Shown here: positions 1 through 10,252 of the stretch, one piece after another
Numbering within the stretch: the stretch's first letter is position 1
Layout: the number at the start of each line of letters is the position of its first letter
Assembly (NCBI GenBank): GCA_016931225.1
Contig: JAFGFE010000026.1
Span: 11,499 to 75,498 of the forward strand
From: Candidatus Zymogenaceae bacterium
GTDB taxonomy: Bacteria > Desulfobacterota > Zymogenia > Zymogenales > Zymogenaceae
DNA: 64,000 bases
Direction: 5' to 3'
The notes under the pieces: generated by a model
What the model saw: only the letters and a program-made list of their open reading frames with translations
Database searches by the model: none
What the model was told of the DNA's origin: nothing
Made by a program: the position numbers and the translations under genes

Positions 1-98
1 GAATATATGAGAAACAGGGGAGAGCCCTCCCGGTTTCCAACGCCGCTCGCGATACGAAAGCGAAAGCAAAATTCTCAATACTCTCGTAGATGGGAAAA

Positions 99-124
99 GG
101 GGGGATATGCTCCCCCCTTTTTTT
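99..124. terminator. GC hairpin (GGGGGGA..TCCCCCC) with A-run on one side and T7 on the other; candidate bidirectional intrinsic terminator downstream of the hydrogenase cytochrome b gene
   Basis: Seen in sequence: inverted repeat at 99-117 followed by a T-run at 118-124 and preceded by aaaa; lies just 3' of the minus-strand operon end at 168. Confidence 0.45.
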
Positions 125-167
125 AATATAACACAGTTTGTTTTTTTTGTCCCTACTATTGTGCCGT

Positions 168-836
168 TTACTTGACTTTCTGGAACGTCCTGCCGTTGAT
201 CATCGAGGAGACGGTCCCCTCCTTGAAAATCACGTCGTACCAGAACGCCATGTAGATGTGCACAAAGATAAACAGGATAAACAGCCACGTCAGGATATGA
301 TGCACATACCTGACACCGGCCAGCCCCCCCATCATCCGTTCCACCGGCCTGAGAATGGCATAGACGACGCCGGTAACCCCGGCATCGTAATTGCCGCCCA
401 TCAGGATGAGGCCGGTGATGACGATGAGAAAGACCATGACAAACAACCCGCCGTAGGCCATCGCCTGCAGGGGACCGTACAGGTAATTCCGCTCCGGTTT
501 TTCCTTCGAGACGAATGTGTAGAACTTGATCTGTTTGATGAGGTTCTTCCACTCCGTAAAGGCCAGGAAGTTCTTCCACGAGGCGTGCTGCGCGGGGATG
601 AATCCCAGGTAGACCCTCCAGATGAAGGTGAACACCAGAAACAACCCGAACAAAATATGTACGAATCGGACGTCTCCCATGAAGAACTTATCCACCGTTT
701 CGCCCGCCTCCAGGACGAAGGGTCGGGCGATATAGAAGCCGGTGGCGATCAGAATGAAGATGGTGAGCGCCATCGTCCAGTGTAATATCCTGATGGCCAC
801 GGACCATTCTTTTACCGCAACTCTTGTGTCTTCCAC
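168..836 (-). CDS. [NiFe] hydrogenase cytochrome b subunit (HyaC/HupC/HynC-type membrane anchor)
   Basis: ORF 168..926(-). The region ...RVAVKEWSVAIRILHWTMALTIFILIATGFY aligns with the HyaC N-terminus (VRIWHWL...). The first ATG at 926 overlaps the large-subunit gene, so the likely start is GTG 836, 9 nt after a GGAGG at 846-850. Multiple TM helices with conserved His. Confidence 0.85.
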   Translation of the reverse strand: MEDTRVAVKEWSVAIRILHWTMALTIFILIATGFYIARPFVLEAGETVDKFFMGDVRFVHILFGLFLVFTFIWRVYLGFIPAQHASWKNFLAFTEWKNLIKQIKFYTFVSKEKPERNYLYGPLQAMAYGGLFVMVFLIVITGLILMGGNYDAGVTGVVYAILRPVERMMGGLAGVRYVHHILTWLFILFIFVHIYMAFWYDVIFKEGTVSSMINGRTFQKVK

Positions 837-856
837 CGCAATCACCTCCTGTGACG

Positions 857-2530
857 TTACAGCACCTTGAACTGATTCACCTCGCCGGAGCGCGGATCGA
901 TAATGTGCACCGCACAGGCCATGCACGGATCGAAAGAATGGATCGTGCGCAGTATCTCCAGGGGTTGTTCCTTATTTGAAAGCTTCACGCCGATGAGTGA
1001 CTTCTCGTACGGCCCCCGGCTTCCCTCAGCGTCCCGCGGAGAGCAGTTCCAGGTGGAGGGTACGATGGCCTGGTAATTAGCGATCACCTTGTTCTCGATG
1101 CGAATCCAGTGTCCCAGGGCGCCACGGGGAACTTCGTTCATGCCCCTGCCCTGTCCTTCCTTCGGCACGTCGCAGCGGGTCCAGGTTCGTTCGTCTCCGG
1201 CCCTGACGTTGGAAACCAGCTCGTCGATCCACGACTCGGTGTTGTCGGCGACCAGCTTCGTCTCCAGGGCCCTGGCCGCGGTCCTTCCCAGTGTGGAGAA
1301 GAGAATCGAGGCAGGGGCGTTCAGGGCACCCAGAGTGTAGTCCACCAGGCCCTTGATCTGCTCGTGGCCCTGGGCGTATCCGACCAGAAATCGGGCCAGG
1401 GGTCCCACCTCGTAGGGATCGCCGTCGTAACGGGGCGCCTTGCACCAGGTGTACTTGCCGTCCCCCTGGACGTATCCGTCTGCGCCGAATCCGGTGTATT
1501 CCGGTTCCGTCTCGCCGTTATAGGGATGAAGCGCCTCCGACCCCTGGTACCAGGAGTGGGTCACCTCCTCGGTGATTTTCTCCTCGTCCAGCTCCAGCGC
1601 CTCGGAGAGGTCCATGTTCTTGACGACCCCCCGGGGAAGGAGTGTCTGGTTCCAGTCGTCATCCAGGGGAAATCCGCCGTAGGCGAGGTAGTTGCCCACA
1701 CCGGCCCCGATGCCCGCAAGTCCCTCGTCGGCGTAGGTCGCACCGGCGATCAGCACGTCCGGGATATACGCCGTGTCCACAAAATTCTGTACCTCGCGGA
1801 GCATGAATCGGTACTTCGACAGGCGATCGGCGTCCAGCGCGTCCATAACACAGGTCACGCCGCCGGCAACCAGGGTCTGGGGATGGGGATTCTTGGACCC
1901 GAAGATGGCCTGCATGCGCGCGCCGATTTTGGAGATATACAGGGCGTCCAGGTAGTGCGACGTGATCACCAGGTTTGCCTCGGGCGAGAGCTTGTAGGAT
2001 GAATTGCCCCAGTAGGCGTTCGCGAAGGGGCCGAGCCGTCCCGAGTCGACGAAACGTTTCAGACGCTCCTGCACCGCTTTGTAGTGGGTCTCCGAGCAGT
2101 TATAGGGATTGTCATGCACGCTCTTGGCAAGCGCCACCGCCTTTTTCGGATCCGCACCGAGCGCGCTGACGATGTCAACCCAGTCCAGTCCGTGCAGGTG
2201 GTAGAAATGCATGATGTGGTCGGTTAAATACTGCGAGGCCTTTATGAGGTTCCTGATGATCCGGGCGTTCGCCGGAGGCTTCACGCCGAAGGCGTCCTCC
2301 ACCGCCATGATCGACGCCTCGTAGTGTGAGTAGGTACAGACGCCGCAGAATCGCTGGGTAAACAGGCCCGCGTCCCGGGGATCCCGTCCCTTGAGGATGG
2401 TCTCAAACCCCCTCCAGAGTGTGATGGAACTCCAGGCGTCCTGGATGGTATTGCCGCCGTCTACCTCCACCTCTATGCGTAAATGTCCTTCGATCCGGGT
2501 AATCGGATCGACGATAATTCGTTGCGCCAT
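857..2530 (-). CDS. [NiFe] hydrogenase large subunit, group 1 (uptake type)
   Basis: 557 aa. N-terminal RFCGVC and C-terminal DPCMACAVH Ni-binding motifs, followed by a 15-aa extension typical of maturation-protease cleavage. AAGGAG RBS 9 nt upstream of ATG 2530. Confidence 0.95.
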   Translation of the reverse strand: MAQRIIVDPITRIEGHLRIEVEVDGGNTIQDAWSSITLWRGFETILKGRDPRDAGLFTQRFCGVCTYSHYEASIMAVEDAFGVKPPANARIIRNLIKASQYLTDHIMHFYHLHGLDWVDIVSALGADPKKAVALAKSVHDNPYNCSETHYKAVQERLKRFVDSGRLGPFANAYWGNSSYKLSPEANLVITSHYLDALYISKIGARMQAIFGSKNPHPQTLVAGGVTCVMDALDADRLSKYRFMLREVQNFVDTAYIPDVLIAGATYADEGLAGIGAGVGNYLAYGGFPLDDDWNQTLLPRGVVKNMDLSEALELDEEKITEEVTHSWYQGSEALHPYNGETEPEYTGFGADGYVQGDGKYTWCKAPRYDGDPYEVGPLARFLVGYAQGHEQIKGLVDYTLGALNAPASILFSTLGRTAARALETKLVADNTESWIDELVSNVRAGDERTWTRCDVPKEGQGRGMNEVPRGALGHWIRIENKVIANYQAIVPSTWNCSPRDAEGSRGPYEKSLIGVKLSNKEQPLEILRTIHSFDPCMACAVHIIDPRSGEVNQFKVL

Positions 2531-2557
2531 AATCTATCGCTCCTTGTTCGATATCCG

Positions 2558-3754
2558 TTACTTTTCGTCCTTCGATTCTTCCGCGGCCTTGTCGTGTCGT
2601 TTGAGGGCCGTGACACCGGCGTGAACGCCGATTCCCGCCGCCGTCGCCGCCGCCAGCCCCAGGAAGACACCATCCGCCACCGCCTCGAAACCGATGGACT
2701 TTTCCGCAATCGGCTTTTCCAGGGGCGCCATGGTGTCCCAGAAGGCCGGCTCCACGCATCCCATGCAGCCGTGACCGCCCATGATGGGCCAGGACGTGGC
2801 GTCGTTGAATCGAACCTTGCCGCAATTGGCGTAGGTGTAAGGGCCCTTGCATCCCATCTTGTAGAGACACCAGCCGCGCTTGGCGCCCTCGTCTCCCCAT
2901 TCCTCCACGTATTCCCCGGCGTCGTAATGAGAGCGCCTTTCACAGTAATCATGAATGCGCTTTCCGTACGCCCAGACCGGCCGGCCCAGCCCATCGGTGG
3001 CGGGCATGGCGCCGAACATGAGGAAGTGGAGCACGGTGCCGGTGAAGTTTATGGGATTGGGCGGACACCCGGCGATATTGACCGTCTTGATCCTGATGGC
3101 GTCCCTGACGCCCTTGGCATCGGTGGGATTCGGCCGCGCGGCCTGAACATTCCCAAAAGATGAGCAGCTTCCGATGCAGATGGTCGCCGCGGCCTTCGAA
3201 GTCACTTCCTTGGCGACCTCCAGGCCGGTCTTTCCCTTTGAACCCAGGGTCAGGTAGTATCCGTCGAGCCCCGTGGGGATGGCGCCCTCGATAACGCAAA
3301 CGAATGTACCTTCAAAATCGGCAATGGCCTTGTGGAGGTTTTCCTCCGCCTGATCCCCCGCCGCTACCATCAGTGTCTCGTGGTACTCAAGGGAGATGGT
3401 ATCAAGCAGGATATCGTCCACGTTCGGGTATGATGAGCGCAGAAACGCCTCGGAGCAGCCGGTGCACTCGGCGAAGTGGAGCCATACCACCGGGAGCCGG
3501 CTGAAGTTTTCCGCCGCCCGGGCCACCAACGGTCGAAACGCCGTCGGCAGCATGAGGGCCGTGGTCATAACGGCCGTCCACTTCATAAAATCACGCCGAT
3601 TGACGCCTCCCCGGGCGAGTGTTTCGTGAAAATCGAATTTCGGGGCGGGAAGCTCCGCTTCCACCCTATCCATATGCGCCCGGCAGTGTTCAAGCAACTC
3701 CTCATATTGCGTTTCAATGGTCTGCCGATAGTCGCTTCCGTTCTTCTTTGCCAT
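2558..3754 (-). CDS. [NiFe] hydrogenase small subunit (Tat-exported, C-terminal membrane anchor)
   Basis: ORF 2558..3835. Twin-arginine motif GVNRRDFMKWTAV, then ECTGCSE and a distal Cys cluster, with a hydrophobic C-terminal helix. Start set at ATG 3754 because of a strong AAGGAGGAG RBS; alternative in-frame ATGs exist at 3835 and ~3673. Confidence 0.9.
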   Translation of the reverse strand: MAKKNGSDYRQTIETQYEELLEHCRAHMDRVEAELPAPKFDFHETLARGGVNRRDFMKWTAVMTTALMLPTAFRPLVARAAENFSRLPVVWLHFAECTGCSEAFLRSSYPNVDDILLDTISLEYHETLMVAAGDQAEENLHKAIADFEGTFVCVIEGAIPTGLDGYYLTLGSKGKTGLEVAKEVTSKAAATICIGSCSSFGNVQAARPNPTDAKGVRDAIRIKTVNIAGCPPNPINFTGTVLHFLMFGAMPATDGLGRPVWAYGKRIHDYCERRSHYDAGEYVEEWGDEGAKRGWCLYKMGCKGPYTYANCGKVRFNDATSWPIMGGHGCMGCVEPAFWDTMAPLEKPIAEKSIGFEAVADGVFLGLAAATAAGIGVHAGVTALKRHDKAAEESKDEK

Positions 3755-4357
3755 ATATCTCCTCCTTAATTCATCGATGTTTTGCGATTCAGCTCCGATA
3801 CGGATCCGTACGCACCCGAAAGCGGCGCGATCCATACCGTTGTAATGTGTGCCGGCTGGGCGGTCTTGTCACAATGGGCTTTGGACCGCATGCCGGCTCA
3901 TATACACCACAAACGCTCTCTTTTCTTTTTCACATAAGGAGAATAAAGCCGAAAGGGCACAGATGCACATCTCGGTATCACGATAGACGTGAGACGGGGG
4001 AACCTGCGTCGAAATGGGGAAAAACAGTAGGCGCAGATATAGCGGCTCATGAGGCTCATGATTATTCTCCTTTCCAAACACGGGAGGCGTGGCCGTTTCC
4101 AGCCAAACCCTATCGGCCAAGCACCGTGGAGAAGGAGAAAAGCCTCTCCCGAAGGCGACGTATCAAACCACTCTGTCCGGTAAGTCCGTCCACATCTCTT
4201 TAGGCACTGTGGCTCGGAGAATCTGTCTGCTTATGTTTTAAAAAAAACGCGAGACTATGTCAAGATATTTCTGCCCGTGCTCGAAATTTACCCGTCCGAG
4301 ACCCCCACCGTGTCGGTCTCATCCTATGTAATACACTATTTTTAAAACATAAAACGC

Positions 4358-4386
4358 TTGACAGTGAATCGCTATTCAGTTATATT
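4358..4386 (+). promoter_or_regulatory. sigma70-type promoter for the formate dehydrogenase operon (TTGACA-N17-TATATT)
   Basis: Seen in sequence: TTGACA at 4358-4363, a 17-nt spacer, TATATT at 4381-4386, about 230 nt upstream of the fdh alpha start. Confidence 0.55.
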
Positions 4387-4453
4387 TGTTTTCGGTTACA
4401 AAAAATATAACTACTTCCGAGTTCCTGTGTCCCATCGGGATACATGAACCGAT

Positions 4454-4547
4454 AGGGAAAGAGAGCAATTTCTTTCCCGGCCGCACTCGCAAAGGAAGCA
4501 TTGACCGCTGTGAACGATCAGCGGCGGTCGAGGCTTCCTTTTTTTTT
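4454..4547 (+). promoter_or_regulatory. Structured 5' leader of the fdh operon: upstream hairpin (GGGAAAGA..TCTTTCCC), then a GC stem (GGAAGC..GACCGCTG..CAGCGGCGGTC..GCTTCC) followed by T9. Candidate attenuator or riboswitch-like terminator
   Basis: Seen in sequence: nested inverted repeats at 4494-4538 followed directly by ttttttttt at 4539-4547. They sit between the promoter and the start codon at 4615. Confidence 0.45.
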
Positions 4548-4614
4548 GGATACCATATCACCTGTTTTCAACCCATTATTACCCATCAAAAGGGTGAAAG
4601 GAGAGAGAAGCGTT

Positions 4615-7600
4615 ATGGACGTAACCAGACGTGCATTTCTCAAGCTCTCGGGCGCCACTGCTTTGGGTACGGGATTAGGCCTGAATATAACCAACGCGTA
4701 TGCCCAGGCCCTGCCCCTGAAAATCCAGTACGCCCGTGAGTCAACCACTATTTGCCCATACTGCGCGGTGGGTTGCGGTATTATTGTACACACCAAGAAC
4801 GGCAGAGTTGTCAATACCGAAGGCGACCCGGATCATCCCATCAACGAGGGCGCCCTCTGCTCCAAGGGGGGCTCGCTCTACCAGATGGCGGTGAACGACG
4901 CCCGCCTGAAAGTACCCCTGTACCGCGCACCCGGCAGCGACAAGTGGGAAGAAAAATCCTGGGAATGGATGATCGAACAGATCGCCAAGCGGGTGGTGAA
5001 AACCCGCGAGGAGACCTTTACCCTCACCAATGACCAGGGCAAGACAGTCAACCGCACACTCGGAATCGCTTCAATGGGAAGCGCCGCCATGGACAACGAG
5101 GAGTGCTATGTGTATCAAAAATTTCTGCGCGGGTTGGGCCTGGTGTATGTCGAGCACCAGGCACGTATCTGACACAGCGCAACGGTAGCGGCTCTGGCAG
5201 AGTCGTTTGGACGCGGCGCGATGACAAATCACTGGATAGACCTCAAAAACAGTGATTGCATCTTAATAATGGGCAGCAATGCTGCAGAAAATCACCCCAT
5301 TTCTTTCAAGTGGGTACAGCGCGCAATTGAAAACGGCGCAACCCTCATCAACGTGGACCCGAGGTTCACCCGTACGTCGGCCAAGGCGCATATATATGCA
5401 CCTCTGCGGTCAGGATCGGACATTGCATTTCTGGGCGGCATGATAAAATACATCATTGACAGCAATCTATACTTCAAAGAATATCTTGCCGAGTACACCA
5501 ACGCGTCATTCATCCTTAACCCGGATTTCAAGCTCCCCGCGGAAAACAACGGCGTTTTCTCCGGGCTCACCGAGACCCCCACCGGCGGCAAATACGACAA
5601 GTCGACATGGGCGTTCGTCAAGGACGGCAGGGGCGTCCCGGTTCGGGACAAGACCCTCTCCGATCCGATGTGTGTCTTTCAGCTGTTGAAAAAGGAATTT
5701 GACCGCTACACCATCGAAACGGTTTCGAGGGTAACCGGCACCCCGGAAGACAAGCTGAAGACCGTATACGAAACATACGCACAGACCGGGACCCCGGATA
5801 AGTCCGGCACCATCATGTACGCCATGGGCTGGACCCAGCACACGGTGGGCGTGCAGAACATCAGGACCATGTCCATCATCCAGCTGCTTCTGGGTAACAT
5901 GGGCATGGCCGGCGGCGGTGTGAACGCCCTCAGGGGCGAGTCCAACGTGCAGGGGTCTACAGACCATGCCCTGCTGTATCACATCCTCCCCGGCTACCTT
6001 TCCACCCCCCATACCGGATGGCCGACCCTGGACGACTACAAGAAGACCACTGTCGCCTCCGTCTCCACAAAGGACCCCCTCAGCGCCAGCTGGTGGACCA
6101 ACTATCCCAAGTATATTGTCAGCCTCCTTCGGGCCTTCTACGGCCTGAACGCGACGCCGGAGGAAGGGTATCTCTACCTTCCCAAGCTGGACCCCGGCGT
6201 CAACTATTCGTGGCTGAAGATATGGGACGAGGTCTACAAGGAAAACATCAAGGGTGTGTTCGCGTGGGGCCAAAACCCGGCATGTTCCGGCGCACACTCC
6301 AACAAGGTGCGTCAGGGACTCGCCAAGCTGGATTGGCTGGTCAACGTCAACATCTTCGACAACGAAACCGGCTCCTTCTGGCGGGGCCCGGGCATGAAAC
6401 CTGCGGACATCAACACCGAGGTGTTCATGCTCCCCTGCGCGGGATCGGTCGAGAAGGAAGGCAGCATCACCAACTCCGGCCGATGGATGCAGTGGCGCTA
6501 CAAGGCAGTTGAGCCGCCCGGATCGGCAAAACCCGACGGCGACATCATCAGCGAGCTGTATTTCAAGATCAAAGAAGTCATGGAGGAAGAGGGGTCCGTT
6601 TTCAAGGATGCCTTCACAAAACTGACCTGGGACTATGGCCCAAAGGATTTCTTCGGCAAAATGACGGCGTTTGACACTCATTACGCCGCCAAGGAGATCA
6701 ACGGCTTCTTCCTGGAAGACAAAGTCATCAACGGCGTATTGTATTCCAAGGGAGATTTGGTCCCGTCGTTCGGCTCCCTCCAGGATGACGGCTCCACGTG
6801 CAGCGGGAACTGGCTGTACTGCCAGTCCTATAACGCCTCCGGCAACAACGCCGCACGTCGTAACAACAAGGATGAGTCCGGCATCGGCCTCCATTCGGAA
6901 TGGGCCTGGTGCTGGCCGGTCAACCGGCGCATCATCTACAACAGGGCGTCGGTGGACCTCTTCGGCGCACCCTGGGCGCCTCAAAAGCCCGTCATCAAGT
7001 GGAACGGCGCCAAGTGGCTGGGAGACGTCCCCGACGGCGGCTGGGCCCCGATCTACAAGGAAAACGGCTCCGTGAATTCCGCCTCCAAGCTTCCGTTTAT
7101 CATGAAGCCCGACGGCGTCGCGTCGATTTTCGGTCCCGGCAGGGCCGATGGACCGTTCCCGACCCACTACGAACCCACGGAATGCCCGGTAGAGAAAAAC
7201 CTGATCAATCCGGATCAACTTCTCAACCCGACGGTATACCGGTTCGATAAGGAAGACGTCGGAAGCGACCTGGACACGTTTGCGGGGGTATGCGACCCGA
7301 ACTATCCGATCATCGGCACCACGTATCGCGTCAGCGAGCACTGGCAGACGGGTATCATGACCCGCTGGCAGCCGTGGCTGGCGGAGATGCAGCCTGCGAA
7401 TTTCGTGGAAATGAGCGAGCAGCTGGCCGATCTCAAGGGTATCAAGAACGGTGAGAAGGTGCGTGTCACCTCCGCCCGGGGCTCCGTGGACGCGGTGGCC
7501 ATTGTCACCGCCAGATTCAAGCCATTTCTCGTGGACGGCAATACGATACATCAGGTGGGAATGCCCTGGCATTACGGCTGGAGGACCGCCAAAAACGGTC

Positions 7601-7755
7601 AGAACAGTGACCCCCTGAACGCAAAACCGGACGTGTTCACCTACGGTGACTCCGCAAATCTTCTGACCCCCTCCATCGGCGACCCGAACACCATGATTCC
7701 GGAGACAAAAACCTTCCTTGTCAACATTGAAAAACTGAAGGGAGGTGGGGAATAA
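4615..7755 (+). CDS. Formate dehydrogenase catalytic (alpha) subunit, periplasmic, selenocysteine-containing (TGA at 5170-5172 read through)
   Basis: ORFs 4501..5172 and 5221..7755 are contiguous through an in-frame TGA: EHQARI-U-HSATVAALAESFGRGAMTNHW, which matches the FdnG/FdhA active-site context. Tat signal MDVTRRAFLK; N-terminal CxxC..C Fe-S motif; AAAGGAGAGAG RBS before ATG 4615. Confidence 0.93.
5170..5172 (+). other. Selenocysteine (UGA) recoding codon in the fdh alpha gene
   Basis: In-frame TGA flanked by the conserved QARI-U-HS motif. A downstream SECIS hairpin is expected but was not folded here. Confidence 0.85.
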
Positions 7756-8570
7756 TGGCAGCGACATACACAATGAAGAAGAAAGAAATGGTCAAATTGG
7801 TTGACCTTACGAAATGTACCGGTTGCCGCTCATGCCAGGTCGCCTGTAAGAACTGGAACCAGCAGCCGGCGGCTCAGACCGAAAATGTCGGGAGTCACCA
7901 GAATCCTCAGGACCTCCAGCACAACACATGGACGCTCATTCGCTTCCATGAGGGGACCGATGCAAATGGAGATATGTACTGGGATTTCAGGAAGGACGGC
8001 TGCTTCCACTGCTCCGACGCCTCATGCGTCCGCGTGTGCCCCACGGGGGCCCTCAGCTACGGGGAGATGGGGGCGGTCCGCCTCAACCAGGAGCTGTGCA
8101 TCGGGTGTCAGTACTGCACCATCGCCTGCCCGTTCAGCATCCCGAGATACGACAAGGTTACCAACAAAACCTACAAGTGCACCCTGTGCGAGGATCGCAT
8201 AACCAACGACCTGCCCCCCGCGTGCGTCAAGGCCTGCCCCACCGGCTGCCTGTCCTTCGGTCCCAAGGAGGACATGATCGCGGCCGGCGAACAGCGGGTG
8301 ATTGCGCTCAAGGAAATGGGGCATGAGAACGCGTCTCTCTACGGCAAGGAGTATGTGAACGGCACCCATGTCATGTACGTGCTCACGAAGCCGGAAAAGG
8401 AATATGCGGAACTGACGGTCAAGCCGAACGTCCCGGTTGCGGTCAGGCTGTGGCGGGGTGTGGCAAAGCCGCTGGGCCTCCTCTCGATCGGTGCGGTCGT
8501 CGGCGCGTCGCTGCTCCACTATTTCATCAAGGGTTCCAAGGCGCCCAAGGAAGAAGAGGGAGGTGAATAA
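7755..8570 (+). CDS. Formate dehydrogenase iron-sulfur (beta) subunit, FdnH-like, with C-terminal TM anchor
   Basis: 271 aa. Four CxxCxxCxxxCP ferredoxin motifs, a C-terminal hydrophobic helix, and a TAATG stop/start overlap with the alpha gene. Confidence 0.92.
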   Translation: MAATYTMKKKEMVKLVDLTKCTGCRSCQVACKNWNQQPAAQTENVGSHQNPQDLQHNTWTLIRFHEGTDANGDMYWDFRKDGCFHCSDASCVRVCPTGALSYGEMGAVRLNQELCIGCQYCTIACPFSIPRYDKVTNKTYKCTLCEDRITNDLPPACVKACPTGCLSFGPKEDMIAAGEQRVIALKEMGHENASLYGKEYVNGTHVMYVLTKPEKEYAELTVKPNVPVAVRLWRGVAKPLGLLSIGAVVGASLLHYFIKGSKAPKEEEGGE

Positions 8571-8572
8571 TC

Positions 8573-9202
8573 ATGGCTACGGCAAAGGACAAAACCATCA
8601 TCGCGTCAACGGCGTATGAACGGATCGTCCATTGGTTTCTGGCGATTCCCTGCCTCCTGCTGGTGCTCACCGGGGTCATCCTGGCCTTTCGGTCCTTCGA
8701 ACCGCTGGCGATCATCTTCGGCGGATATAAAAGCGTTGTGATCATCCACCGCGCGTGCGGGGTGATTTTCACAATAGCGCTGTTCCTGGGCATCCAGATC
8801 TGGTATAAGTACGCCGGATACCTTGACAAATCGGACATCCAATGGCTGATGAACGCCGGCGGATATCTGTGGAAGGCCGACATCCCCAAGCCCTACAAGT
8901 ACAACGCGGGACAGAAGCTCTTTTTCCTGACCGTTGCGGGTTATGGAGTCGTGATGGTCATCACCGGATTCCTCCTCTTTTTCAAGGGGAGCCTCAACCC
9001 GACTTTGATGAGCTGGGTCGTCGCCTTTCACGCCCTCGGCGTGATGATTATCGGCGGCTTTGCCATGGTGCACATCTACCTGGGCACCATCGGTACCGAG
9101 GGCAGTCTGTACGTGATGACCGACGGCAAGGTCTCGAAGGCGTGGGCGAAAACCCACATGCCCGGCTACTACAAGGAAAAAATTGAGGGGAAGAAAGACT
9201 GA
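8573..9202 (+). CDS. Formate dehydrogenase cytochrome b (gamma) subunit, FdnI-like
   Basis: 209 aa with four TM helices and conserved His; a GGAGGTG RBS directly after the beta stop. Confidence 0.88.
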   Translation: MATAKDKTIIASTAYERIVHWFLAIPCLLLVLTGVILAFRSFEPLAIIFGGYKSVVIIHRACGVIFTIALFLGIQIWYKYAGYLDKSDIQWLMNAGGYLWKADIPKPYKYNAGQKLFFLTVAGYGVVMVITGFLLFFKGSLNPTLMSWVVAFHALGVMIIGGFAMVHIYLGTIGTEGSLYVMTDGKVSKAWAKTHMPGYYKEKIEGKKD

Positions 9203-9228
9203 TTCTTCTCTTTTCTCTACAAGCACCG

Positions 9229-9262
9229 AGGGCGGCCTTTCAGGCCGCCCTCTCTATTAAAT
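9229..9262 (+). terminator. Intrinsic terminator after fdh gamma (GAGGGCGGCC-TTTCA-GGCCGCCCTC + TCTATT)
   Basis: Perfect 10-bp stem seen in sequence, then a weak U-tract. Confidence 0.5.
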
Positions 9263-9340
9263 GCCGATCAAACACTCTTTTTTCATATTCAGGCATATTT
9301 TTTTATTTGCGATTCATACCTCCCTGTAGGATACTGAACT

Positions 9341-10225
9341 GTGGATACACTGCAAAAAGAACTGACCGCCATTCAACGGGCCAAGGAAGAACACCGGGAG
9401 CTCATCGACGTCCTGGATCTCCTTGAAAACCTCGTCGAGACGTCACGGGACGATTCGATCATCGCCTCAACCCCGGAAGCCCCCCCCGCCGGATCAAGCG
9501 ACTTCGCCCTCCGCCTGTCGGACGGATTCCCGATAGCGGATGAAAAAACCGTCCCCCTCTCCATCAAAGACGCCCACGCCCGATTCGACCGCGTGGTGGG
9601 TGTCCTCACCGTTCGAAATCCCGAGGCGGGATCGCGGATTGTCGAGGCGCTCCGTGATCCGCAGCGATTCCAATCCCTCCTTGATACGGCGTTTCCAGGC
9701 GAGATCGGATTGCTTGATCCAAAGGGTGACTCCGAGCCGCTCATTCTTCTGGCGGCACACGAAACGCTGCGCCCCGCATTCGATGTCCTCTGGAATATCG
9801 CCCGCACAGACTACGCGGACGCCCTGTCGGGCTGGAGCGAACTGTTCTGCCCGATATGCGGCGCAAGGCCGAACCTCTCCTTCATCGAAGAGGAGGAAAA
9901 CAGGTCCCTCTTATTCTGCAGCCGGTGCCCCGCACACTGGAGCTTCTCCAGAGTCACCTGCCCGTTCTGTGGAGAAACCGACCACCGGAACCTTCGCTAT
10001 TTCCAGGTCGAGGACGATAACTCCCACCGGGTGTATGTCTGTGACACCTGCTCTCACTATATAAAAGCCGCTCTGGGAGAATCGGGCCGGCATATACACG
10101 CGCGCCTTCTGGACCTGTTAACGCTCCGTCTCGACGCCGTGGCGCGTCGGGAGGGGTACACGCGGGACACGCTGGATCTCCTGGGGATTCTTCTCTTGGA
10201 TATACCGGAGTCGGAAGGCGCTTGA
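9341..10225 (+). CDS. fdhE: Formate dehydrogenase accessory protein FdhE
   Basis: 294 aa with four CxxC pairs (CPICG, CSRC, CPFCG, CDTC) in FdhE arrangement. GTG start. Confidence 0.85.
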   Translation: MDTLQKELTAIQRAKEEHRELIDVLDLLENLVETSRDDSIIASTPEAPPAGSSDFALRLSDGFPIADEKTVPLSIKDAHARFDRVVGVLTVRNPEAGSRIVEALRDPQRFQSLLDTAFPGEIGLLDPKGDSEPLILLAAHETLRPAFDVLWNIARTDYADALSGWSELFCPICGARPNLSFIEEEENRSLLFCSRCPAHWSFSRVTCPFCGETDHRNLRYFQVEDDNSHRVYVCDTCSHYIKAALGESGRHIHARLLDLLTLRLDAVARREGYTRDTLDLLGILLLDIPESEGA

Positions 10226-10252
10226 GTCTTTTGATGCGCTGTTTTTCGCACC

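Noticed and set aside
1109-2002. 297-aa plus-strand ORF (and several shorter ones) inside the hydrogenase large-subunit gene
   Set aside because: Antisense to a gene with canonical Ni-binding motifs; biased Gly/Arg/Val composition
5506-7773. 755-aa minus-strand ORF antisense to fdh alpha
   Set aside because: Gly/Arg/Pro-rich low-complexity translation lying fully inside a strongly supported FDH alpha gene; typical high-GC antisense artefact
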